NCBI GenBank assembly: GCA_002104905.1 | Contig: MCFE01000241.1 | Coordinates: 1 to 64,000, forward strand | Direction: 5' to 3' | Length of the DNA: 64,000 bases | Source of the DNA: Basidiobolus meristosporus CBS 931.73 | Lineage: Eukaryota; Fungi; Basidiobolomycota | Shown here: positions 45,131-56,799 of the stretch, piece by piece | Numbering within the stretch: the first letter of the stretch is position 1 | How the letters are laid out: each line of letters opens with the position of its first letter | Translations under genes and position numbers: made by a program | The notes under the pieces: generated by a model | Told to the model about the DNA's origin: nothing | Databases searched by the model: none | The model's input: only the letters and a program-made list of their open reading frames with translations

Positions 45131-47100
45131 GGAGGTAAAATACAGACTACAAGTATACAATCAGCAAAGATGTGTTGTCTTATATTATGATTAGTTTTGG
45201 GCTTGTTTTACAATGTAGAGGCCAATTCAGAATATGCCACAACTTCCAGTTAGCTCATACTGAAATAGCTTACTGGGAGATAGATATACCAATACAAGAT
45301 ATAAATTTCACTAATGTCCTCAATATTAGGTTCAAAAAATACTATAGGTAGAGTTCAGACCTTCTGTTGACAATTGGGCTGATTTACCTGTATAGTAGAT
45401 TTTCCTTATTTGGAAGACACTTTTATTTCTGAAATGGTATTCCTAAACATGTAAATTCTGAACCTCCCTTAACCTAAAGGGGTGTGGTGTAGGTGCCTTC
45501 AATGGGATCTGTTGATCTAAATGGGTGTCTTAAGGGATATGTTTAGAGTCAAGGCCTTCTTACAGTGGTCTTTCAGGTGGACTTTACACTAAAGGGGTGC
45601 ATAAAGGGGCTTCTTAAAGGATATTTTCCAACAGATAAGTGTTAGTTTTCTTGTGGAACTTAGATCAAATTATTTTCAGCTTTGCAGTTTCCTCATTGAT
45701 GTAGTACAAATCAAAGTCAAAATACTCCATAGTACATGTAATGCAGGGGAAGTCTCATAACACTTAAGCTTGTAATTGTAATGCAGAGACTCAGGAAAGT
45801 GTGGCTCTTTTAGTTTCAACTGGGAAAGTCATATATTTGAAAATTCTGAAGGATCAAAGTTTTTGGGTAATTGCACATGCAATACACATTATACAAAGCT
45901 AAGAGTTTGCAGTGGCACAGATCAAACATAGGCACAGCTCCTGTGAGACTCTCTTGCAACTTAACTGGCTGGTTCAAAAGTTACATGTGATTGAATTCAC
46001 TATTGTCACCATAGCAATAGTGGCCCAGTCTAGATAGCTATTGAACACATCTGATCAAAGCTCCTCAAGCACAGCTTCAAATGAGCTGTAATCTGAAATA
46101 TAGATTGCCTACTGAGTTTTCTGCATGAAAAAACATTCCAGGGTAGACTGTTTGTCAGGGGCCTCAGATTTTGTTCTTTGAAGTTGAAAATTCTTGATCT
46201 TTCATTTGTGGTAAAAGTAGCAGAGGGCAAAATAAAGAAATGAGTGCAATATTGGGTTATGTGTTATTGAGGTAATGGAATACCTTCTATTGACACAGAT
46301 GATAGTTGACAAGGAAGTTGTTAGGGAGGCAAAGTGAATCACTACCAAATACATCAGTAATAATCCCTGTGAGAAAAAAACCTAGCAGAAGGTGAAGTAG
46401 CTGTGTTGAATTGCTTTCATTTATCATTATTCAAATAACTGATTTTTTTTGCAATCCCAATTTAGCCATTGCAAACCAGTGATCACTAAATTTTGATATA
46501 GGTAATATCAAGGTTGTCTCACATTAGAGAAAGAACCTCTATGAATAATCACCATGCAGACTTATACATCATCTGTAATACCAGTGCTGCTATTTGACCT
46601 GTCTTGCACCTACACAATGGATCATGTGCTATTATGTCACCTAGTCCAAGCACTATAGCTAAGGATTTACTTGCTCAAAGGTCAAAATGAGATATTTGAT
46701 GGCAAATGTAGTAGCTTGTGTATGGGGCAATGAATCAATTGGGAACTCACAGCTTCAAGGTATGTTTAGACAAATCAATCACTTACAAATCATTCAATTG
46801 GAGTGATGGTAACTAAAATGGTAATTGTCAGTGTAGAATAGGTGGAATATGCATTTATTGCCATTTAAATAAATAAACATATTCAAGCACTAGATTTTAC
46901 GGGCCATAATAGTGGTCGCCAATTGTGCGCATGATGCAAACATTGAAAGTTGGTGCAATTGTTCATGCCAATTGTTTTATATCTAATTTTACCATAGTGT
47001 GCAAGATTGTCCCAAATAGTACAAGATTGTCCAAGAGCAATCCTGCCTGCTGATAGCTACAGCATAGCACCTGATCATTCTCAATAACTCAGGATTGAGC

Positions 47101-48465
47101 TGTGATGGTGTAGAAGTACTCCTGGGAGAAGCTACATTATGCAAGGTGTATGAGGTGTCCAATGGGTGCAATAACCTCTAGGTCTAAGCTGCTGGAGTCT
47201 CTATTGCTATATCACTTTAGTAAAAGCTCCTGGTTCCCTAGCTTCCTAGGTGCTGCAAATATCTCCAAAGGCCTCTGTGTGTATTGTGCACTACCCTGAA
47301 AAGCTTCTTGAAGGCAAGTTGGAAATGTAACTGTAGAAGGTAGGTGTAGTGATTGATTGCTAATCCATTTGGGAGAAGTGCCTCTGATATATGTTACAGT
47401 TTATTGATGAGTGATTGACTTTGCTGAAATACTATTCCCAATTGCCAAGTGATTACTAATGACAAGGTTCTAGAAAGTTCCAAGTATAAGTAGAATTCTT
47501 GAGGATATCACTACAAGCTACAAATAGTCTAAGAAGATCCAGGAAGGTTCCTAAAGCAGGAGTGCATCCAAAAAATCAGGGATCAGTAGTGGGATATCTG
47601 TGCAACAAAGAGATACCTTATAGGGTATTGATATGGTAGGGATGGTAACACAGACCTAGGTCATATATCACAAGTTTTGACATGGCAACCTGCCTAATGC
47701 TGACACATCTGGTAATCAGAGAGCTGAATAATATCTGTCCTGGAAGGTTCTGAAAGGCACAGCACATCCAACAAATCAGGGATCAGCAGCTTGTGACCTG
47801 TTTAACATAGAGATAACATTTATGGCACTGAAAAGGTGGTAATGGTAGCACAGACTTAAGTCATGTGCCATAGGTACTGACATAGATACTTGCTTAAAGT
47901 GGATTCTGTTGCAATTTAAGAAGTGATTTGGATATAAGGAACTTATCAAGAAATAGTGATAACAGTTGAACTGTTGTTTATTCATAAAGAAGCTCAGTAT
48001 TTATACCTTTGTAGAAGTAATACAGCTGCAACACTAAGTAGGGAGGGTTTTTCAATATTCAGGAGCATTCTGTAACAGTTTCAGGGTTAGTACATAATGT
48101 TTGGTAATAGTGCTAATTTGATCCTGACTATAAGAGAATAATCGTAAGATCATATATCTGGAGAAAGTGGCAAAGTTAAGGCAGTAAATGAGTCCTACAG
48201 TGACTAAGACTAGGCTAGAATTGTTAAGTAAATTTTTAGCTGCTGAATGATACCAAATAGTCCAATATTTCAACAGATTCATATAATGATTACTAAGTTG
48301 AATAACAACTGGGAAGACCAATCTGGGTAAACTTTGTATTGGGCTAATACTAATAATATGGACAAAGAAGAATGGGATAATAATAATAAAATAATAATTG
48401 TATAAGTACACCATAAAAGCTATAAAGCTAAACTTGTCTGTGGGAGGTATGTTTAACCTACTGCA
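47101..48465. mobile_element. Family C LTR with internal duplication and nested family D LTR
   Basis: Starts TGTGATGGTGTAG, ends CCTACTGCA; 47740-47900 repeats part of the LTR. Confidence 0.6.
47907..48077 (-). mobile_element. Short solo LTR, family D (171 bp)
   Basis: TG...CA; flanks GATTC/GTTTC; inverted homolog of 60586-60748. Confidence 0.6.
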
Positions 48466-49158
48466 TCACTGCACATCCTGGCATGGTATAATGGAGCCAG
48501 TCTATATTGTTGATGAGTTGGGAATACTGTAGTACTTGCAATTTGACTTCTCTTCCTATTTCCCCACACATCTGCTCCATAGGAAGCTCCCAAATGGTGA
48601 AGCAAGGGTAAATATCCTCCAAACACCAAGCAAGAAAGAGTAGAGAGTGGATGCAGTTGCAGCAGAGATATGCATGTTGTGCATTATGCTTATGGTATAA
48701 CCACTCAAGTCTCATCACAAGCTTTTTGCATAGAAGCTCTAAACACATCAAGCTAGCATTGGTGCTCTACTTCTGGATAAATATTATTACATTGTCAAAA
48801 TATGGCTCCCAATGCTTCTAATATACTATGCATATAAATTACATCAGAAGGCCACTGGAATATATACACAACTGGCCCATCCAGTTGTTGCATTTGTAAT
48901 GTTGCATATGAGTATGAATGCTGCGTGCAACTTGTGAAAAGTATCATGTGTATTGGATATTCTGTAATATCTTACCAATTCTTTCAAACTTCTCCGGTAT
49001 CTCCAATGGCTCATTTAACATGAGGTATGCCATAAACACTGGATCATTAGTAAAGGGATACTGTTGAAGGGCAAATACGTTGCTCCAAGTGTAAAAATAT
49101 TTCTCCAACAGACTCCCACTATCTTGAGTATCTCCAGTTTTCAATTAATTCTATATTC

Positions 49159-49475
49159 CCCTATGAAAAATCTCAAACTTGTTATTCATTTACTTTTCAA
49201 CTAGTATGCTGCTGGTATTCTAATGTAGTTTGCTTGTATTGTGCTGGTGTCTTTGGTTCAAAATATTAAATGCAGTTTCAAGGATGTAACAGGCAGCTAA
49301 TTACAAAATTTGAGATGGATGCTAGTTGGCCTAGTCTTCACCTAGGGACTTTGTTTGCTTGCTTATCCATCAGCTAACAACAGAGATATAGAGAGTTGTC
49401 AATTTTGTGAAACTTGGAATTCAGCTGATTTTATGATGATATTTTGCTGCCCTATTTAGGGTTTTTTTCTTAGGG
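49159..49475. mobile_element. CCCTA-ended MITE
   Basis: CCCTATGAAAAA ... TTTTTTCTTAGGG; inserted relative to the paralogous site at about 5945. Confidence 0.7.
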
Positions 49476-49805
49476 CTCCGGCTGATGGCTTTTAGCATGC
49501 CAGCTTTGCTGCAGTTGCATGTTGACTTCTGTACATACTCTTTTTGGAAAGATAATGATCTTAGTATTGATATCTTAACAAGGAAAGTGTGTATGAGCTA
49601 TGGAATAAGTTCCCAGGATGTCACACATTTGGCAGCAATTCCACACACTGTGCCCAGGAAAGCCAACTAACTGCTGCTGGCAGGGGCATCTCCAATGCAG
49701 ATAATAATAATTGCTTTGAAATAATGTTTATTCACTATAATACTGCTGGACATCATATAAAATTCATCCAGCAATGGAAACCAGCAGCTGTCCTTGCTGG
49801 ACAGT

Positions 49806-50016
49806 AGACTTGTCCCATCATTTCAGCTGATCATAGTGCCCAATAGTGCCATAGCATGCCAGATGGTGCCTGATCATGCCACAGAGTGCCAGATGGTGCC
49901 ATACAGTGCCAATTTGGGATCAAAATTGACATGCATATGACCCTAAAATATCAAGTTGATAACAAAATATACAGCACTTTCTGGCTATACAATCAATGGC
50001 ACAATGGAACAAGTCT
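49806..50016. mobile_element. 211-bp MITE, PHIS-type, TSD AGT
   Basis: AGT at 49803-49805 and 50017-50019; the empty paralogous site at about 6275 has a single AGT. Confidence 0.85.
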
Positions 50017-51434
50017 AGTGATTCAGGCTCAAATGTCAGTGAGACTAGCATCAGATTTCTGCTGAGGTATTGTGGGATTTACAGCAGATTAATGTTGATG
50101 ATAATCAACAGCCAGATGGATTTGCTGGCAGAATACTGTTCAATGAGATTCCATCAAGCACCAAGGCAAAGGTATGGTCATAAATACCTTTAAACTAGCC
50201 CTTGCTTCTTAGCTGTTTGTAATGTTTGTCATCAAATATATTGGAAATGTTTGTACTTGATTGATACTGGGCTTGTTACTTTATAGATTACATTATTTGC
50301 CAGATTGCATAAGCTTTGTTATATGGAATATTACAATAATATATCTGGAGTGTGAAAAGTAGTTACCTCACATGGTGGTGGACTACTGACATCATTATCA
50401 GCTTACAACCATAGTATGTTCTGATATGAATGCCATGTTACCACTAACACATGCTTGTATTAGGACAGTATCTGCATCATATGTTGACAGATGCATGACT
50501 GTTCTCCATTTGTACCTAGTACATGTTTGGTTGCATCCTGAAGTGTTTTAGCAAGAAGTAGTAGTAGTTTCAAAAGTCCCATTGCAGATATTAGTGAAGT
50601 ACACCACTTCACTAGCAATGTCATTGCATCATTAACTAGTAAATGAATTACTGGAGCCAAATTGTCTCCACAAGGTATCCATGGCATTTTTTTCCACAGG
50701 TGTTGTCTCATTGCACATTGGGATTTTGCCAGGCTCATGCAGGGTACTATTGCAAGGGGAGATAGGCTGACAATCCCTTAGTGAGCTTTCCTCTTCACAG
50801 CTATTACTCTGCAAGCTATATTCAGAAAGCCAAGGTGAGGCTAAAGGCTTGACTAACTTACCTGAATAAGTTTAGCATATTGCCAAAGACAGTTTGGTGA
50901 GATTATGCAGGTATCAAGTGGCCAGCATGATATTGTTAGTGCAGTTGTGACCAATAAATGCTCAACTGTGACTAATACGGCAAAGTCCTGGCTATGCTCT
51001 TAGTAATACTTCCTGTTCCTTCTGCATGCTTTATGGCTTAAAAGCTTGATTCAATAGCTATATTGCTATTTTTCCTTCTCTTATGGTGTTGAGTTAAGGT
51101 ATCTTCTCTTTGGGGCAAACAGCTTGACACCTAAATATTCAGTGCTTTATATCATTGTTGTGTCAATACTCATTTAATTTCTATAGTAACAGTCTTGGAG
51201 ATCCCCATGAGAAATCTAAAACTTCCAATTTGTCTAATTTTCCGCTGGTATAAAGTTGGTGCTTTTGGCTCAAAATTTCCATTGCAATTTTTGATGGAAG
51301 TAATGAGCACCTAATTACCAAATTTGATATGGATGCTAGTTGGCCTAGTCTCCTCCAGGGGAATTTATTTGCTTGTCTGTCTATCAGCTAACAATAGAAA
51401 TATTGAGAGTTGCCAATTTTGAGAAAATTGGAAT

Positions 51435-54400
51435 TGATATAATCTGCTGCTTGCATGTTTAAGTTATATTAGTTTTTAGTCAAATCAGTTATTTATATGC
51501 TTAATTTATCAGTATATTAGTATTATCTATCAAATCAGTAGCATTAGTCAGCAAATGAATTAGCAGATCCTTATCTGTAAGAAATAGATATATTAGGTAG
51601 GATTGTGTTGGGTGATGATGATGCAATCAAATGAGTCATCAGTCACAGCCTACATTGGGAAATGCAACTAGTCATCAGTTGATCTGGCAAAATGAATATA
51701 AGGAGCTGCTTGAATCTCAATAAAGATGAGTTCAAGTTTTAGTGAATACAATACTAGCTAAACTCCCTATTCCTCTACAACTCTTATACCAAGACTTGTA
51801 ACATTGGTAGCAGCAGTAACCAGAAACATACCTCCTGAAGAAAGAAGAAGCCTCCCTCAAGATGTCTGAAAATCACGAATGGAAGAATGATATACAACAA
51901 ATCCTGGCCCAGCAGCAACAATGAATGACCACCATGGCCCATAGCCAGCAAAACCCTGTCAAGAGCAACTTTAGTGTGAAGGTCAACTGGTCCCATGGTA
52001 GAGTCAATGAAAACCTGGGAACTTGGCTCTTCCAGACTGAAGAAGCTTTCAAGGCTAAAGAAATTACTCTATAAAGCAAGTTACATTATGCAGCCTCTTA
52101 CCTGGCAGATGTAGCTTTACAGTAGTACCACAACAAGATCATGTCAGTTACCATGATGGGATGCTCTTCAATGCTACCTGGGATTAGTTTGTGTTGAAAA
52201 TTCAGGATGACTTTGAGCCCCCACACCAATAGACACTACTAAGAAGAAAGTTGAAGACACTCAGAAAGAAAGGAATGGTCCAGGAGTACATCTATGAGTA
52301 CAGATGTCAACTTGGGCAAGTTGAATAAATGGACCTTCTGGATAAAGTTGAATACTTTATTGATGGATTGAAAGAAAGAACATGTAAGGAGGTGAATTAT
52401 CAAAGACCTCAGACTATCAAAGAGGCTATCAAGACTGCCATTGACTATGACTCAGCTATGTTTGGAGTTGGGAAGCCCACAATGACTAATCAGAGAAGCT
52501 ACAATCACTATGAAAGAAGACAATCAGAAGCAGTCACAATGGAAATAAATGCTATGCAGAAGAATCCTACCTCAGAAGAATGTAAGAAGAAAGGACTTTG
52601 CTTCAATTGCCACCAGCAGGGACATATTGCAAAGTGCTGCCCTCTGAGAAGAAATGGACACCAGCCATCAAGAACCTTTAACCATATTGAGGCCATGGAG
52701 CATAGTAACATGGAAGATGAACTTCAAGAAGACCCAGAACTCACCTTCCATATGACAGAAGAATACCTATCCCAGATCACCTCAAACTCAGGAAAGCTAC
52801 TATACTTGAATGAAGTAATCAATGGAGTACCTGCCAAGATCATGATTGACTCAGGAGCATTGCACAAGTACATGTCAGAGCAATCTGATTTGAAAGCTGG
52901 TATCAACTTGGAACCCACCAAACAAACTGCAGTCTTAACAGCTGATGGGCACTCTCACATAATCAAACATATTACTCAGCCAGTAAGGATGAAGATCAAT
53001 GTCTATGAAGAAGATTTACAGGCCTATATATTTGGGAACTGCAAGTTTTACCTTATACCTGGAAAACCTGGCTATTTTGTCATAATCCATCAATCAACTA
53101 GAGAACCCATGCTACTCAGATCCAGAATGACAACAAGACCTACAAGCTATTGCCTGCCAGACTGGATTTTAACTTGGTCAATTCCAGTGTGTGTGAAACA
53201 AGTGAACTTAGCAAGACACAGTTCTTCAAAGCACTAAGAAAAGGCATCCAGATGCTCCTCATGGCAGTATTGCAGGAGGATTCCTCTACTCCAGTACCCC
53301 AGAAGGTTCAGACTCTTTTGAAGGAATATTCAGATGTATTTCCAGAGGAGCTTGTAAGCCTACCTCCAGTCAGAGATGTGGATCATGCCATTGAAACAGG
53401 AGATAGCCCTTGAGTGAGTAAGACACCTTACAGAATGAGCTCATTGGAGCTGGAAGAGATGAAGAGACAAATAGATCAGCTACTGGAGCAAGGATATATC
53501 AGACCCAGCAAGTCACCTTGGGGAGCACCAGTACTTTTTGTGAAGAAGGATGGAACACTTAGGATGTGCATTGACTACAGAGCCCTCAACTCAGTTACTG
53601 TGAAGAATAAGTACCCCATACCATGGATTGATGAGCTCTTGGACTAATTCAATTGAGCCACTATTTTCAGCAAGATTGACCTCATGTTAGGATACAATCA
53701 GATTAGGGTGAAGCCAGAAGACATCCCTAAGACAGCATTCAGGATCAGATATGGACATTACAAGTGTTAGTCATGAGTTTTGGCCTCACCAATGCCCCAG
53801 CAACATTCATGACCCTGATACAGACTGTCTTCCAGGAGTATTTAGACAGGTTGGTGATAATCTACCTAGATGCTATATTAATATACAGCAAGACAGAAGA
53901 GGAGAACTAGGTGCACATTGAAAAGGTCTTGAAGAAGTTAGGAGAGAACAAGCTTTATGGCAAGCTACCCAAGTGTAAATACTTCAAGGAACACATTGAA
54001 TATCTGGACACATAGTGACTAGCACAGAGGTAACCTTAGAACCTAAGAAGGTTGAAGTTATCAAGAATCTGAAGCAGCCCCAGAGCATATCAGAGCTCAG
54101 ATCATTCCTTGGAATGGTTTCCTATTATCAAAGATTTGTCAAGTCCTTTACAAGTATTGCAGCCCTTCAACTGATATCCTTAAGACAGACAATACCTACA
54201 AGTGGGACATAGCTTGTGAAACTGCCTTTGAGACACTCAAGAGTGAACTTGCTAAGCTGCCAAGCTTAAGAATACCTGACTCCAGAAAAGATTTTACTCT
54301 GTGCACAGATGCTTCAGATTATGCAATTGGTGGAGTGTTGAGCCAAGAACACAAGGGAAAGGACTACCCTGTTGCCTTTGAATCCAAGAAACTGAACTCA

Positions 54401-56334
54401 GCAGAACAAAACTATCCAGTGCATGAGAAGGAGATGCTTGCTATAATACACTGTTTGAAGACATGGAGATACTATATTGAAGGAGTCAAATGCTCTGTGA
54501 AGACTGATCATGCCTCCCTCAAGTATATGTTTACTCAGAAGGTACTCTCTAGTAGAATGACAAGATGGAGAGAATACATTCAGCAATTTGACTTGGAGAT
54601 TATCTACTGCCTTGGAAAAAAACAACACGGTTGCTGATGCCTTATCAAGATTAGATCATATTGCACAACTCAACTTGGTGCATGAATCAGATTGGCCTAG
54701 CCTATTACCAAAGTACTTAGAGGACCAAGCCATTCCTGATGAGGTGGATGAAGATATCAAGAAGATAATCAGGGATGAAGCCAGCAAATATATATTACAG
54801 GATGAAACACTCTACCAAATTGTTGATGGAAGCCCTTTTGCCTATTGCCCTTATGTTTCTTGCCTGGATATAATACATAAGCTACACAATGGATACAGAC
54901 ATCTTGGAATTGAAGGAACCTATAACCTTGTGAAAGCCAGAGCATGGTGGCCCAGAATGAAATAAGACATTGAGAAGCTAGTGAAAACATGCCAAATTGC
55001 CAAATCAACCAAGGCCAACCACAGATAATTGCTGAACTCTTTCCCTTGGAGCCTGCAAGACTATTTGAAAGATGGGGAATTGACTTTATTGAAAGACTGC
55101 CAACTACCAGGAAATGCAACCGTTGGATCCTAGTAACAATTGACCATGCAACTAAATGGCCAGTGGCCAGAGCTGTACTAATGGCCAGTGAACAAGAAGT
55201 TGCAAGTTTTATCTACGATGAGATCCTCATGAAGTTTGGATGCCCTGTAGAGATTCTATCCAATAGAGGTGCAAACTTTATGGCAAAGACAATAGAAGCT
55301 TACCTGGAAATGCAGCAGATCAAACACTTGAAAGCCTTGTCATATCACCCCAGAACTAATGGAGTCACTGGACAGATTAATGAATTATTTGGAAAAATGC
55401 TGACCAAGTATGCAATTGGAGTTGTCAGTAGATGGGATGAGTATATAAACCAAGCACTCTTTGCATGCAGAGTCAGAGTACACAACACCACCCAGCAATT
55501 GCCATTTACTTAGTGTAGGGATGTGTACTAAGGAATCCAGGAGATCTCACACAAACAAAGCTTACAAACACCTTAGAAGATGAACTCAGTCAACCAAGTA
55601 GACACCAGCAACTGGAACAAAGACATCAAGAGGCACAAACTAAAGTATCTCAAAGTGCAGCAAAGATGAAGCAGAGATTTGATAAGACTATAGCACCAGA
55701 AGAATCAACAGTTGGGAACTTTGTATTGCTAAGAAATAACACTTGGAAGAAGTTTGAGCCACAATGGACAGGACCATTTAAGATCATCAGAGAATGTCCA
55801 TTTGCAACCTATCAACTAGTGGACAAACAAGGCAATATCCGGGAAGACTTAGTTCATAGGGACAGACTCAAGCTTGCAAGACTTGCTGATAATACTGAAC
55901 CATCAAGATATTAGTATCACAAGAAAAGAGATTCAGGGGAACCCTCTCAACTTTAGCAGGGGAGAATGTTTTGATCCGCTGCTTGAATGTTCAAGTTAGA
56001 TCAGTTTTTAGTCAGATCATTTAGTTATAGGTTTAGGTTATCAGTATATCAGTATTATTTATCAAATCAGTAGCATTAGTCAGCAAATGAATTAGCAGAT
56101 CCTTATCAGACAGAAATAGATATATTAGGTAGAATCTTATTGGGTGATGATGATGCAATCAAAAAAGTCATCAGCCATGGCCTATATTGGGAAATGCAAT
56201 TAGTAATCAATTGATCTGGCAAAATGTATATAAGGAGCTGCTGGAATCTCAATAAAGATGAGTTAAAGTTTTAGTGCATACAATACTGGCTAAACTCCCT
56301 ATTCCCCTACAGTTCTTATACCAGACTTGTAACA
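51435..56334 (+). mobile_element. Full-length but decayed Ty3/gypsy retrotransposon inserted into a CCC-MITE (51204-56394)
   Basis: LTRs 51435-51803 and 55967-56334; PBS TGGTAGCAG; PPT AGCAGGGGAGAA; TSD GAAT. Gag CCHC (CFNCHQQGHIAKC), protease MIDSGA, RT ([26 protein letters not shown]), RNase H and integrase (WGIDFI..GANF..YHPRTNG..GPFKI). Many stops and frameshifts. Confidence 0.92.
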
Positions 56335-56384
56335 GAATTTAGCTGATATTATGATGGTATCTTGCTGGCCTTCTTTTAACTTTT

Positions 56385-56722
56385 TTTCTCTGGGGATATT
56401 GGAAGTGACTTGGAAAACAAGTAGTTATGTGGCTTTCACTCAAAGACTTTTGAATGTAAAAGTAGTATATATACTATCACATGGTCTAGGAATAACAAGC
56501 ATGTAAAATATGCTTAAGAAAGTCCCAAGAACATGTGTGCAAAGTTTGGGACTATTTAGACAACTTTGGGAGTTTCAAGTTCTGGGTATCAGAAATTTTG
56601 GTGAAAATACTCTTAGGAAGTCCAAACAAGAAATTTGATCAGTACTCTCCAAGACTTGCAGGTAACAATATAAGTGACTAAGCTAGGTATATATATCAAT
56701 AGAAATACAAATTTTCATAAAA
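56385..56722 (-). mobile_element. Near-complete solo copia LTR, family A
   Basis: Reverse complement aligns with 3080-3415. Confidence 0.65.
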
Positions 56723-56799
56723 TTCAAGTCAATCAATTAGATGAGACATTGAGCCAACATCTATGTAAGATTCACCCATGACTCAACATTATAAGTATG

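Larger units (their letters stand above)
48480..51200 (-). pseudogene. CACTA transposase remnant with two MITE insertions
   Basis: Paralogous to 5050-8200 (HSLLFLAW..LPMEQMCG; CTSLISAMG..). Confidence 0.7.

Noticed and set aside
45130-46900. CpG-depleted stretch with repeated TAAAGGGG motifs at about 45470-45610
   Set aside because: Probably a decayed repeat, but no termini, paralog or ORF could be identified; the motif is too irregular for a telomeric or satellite call.
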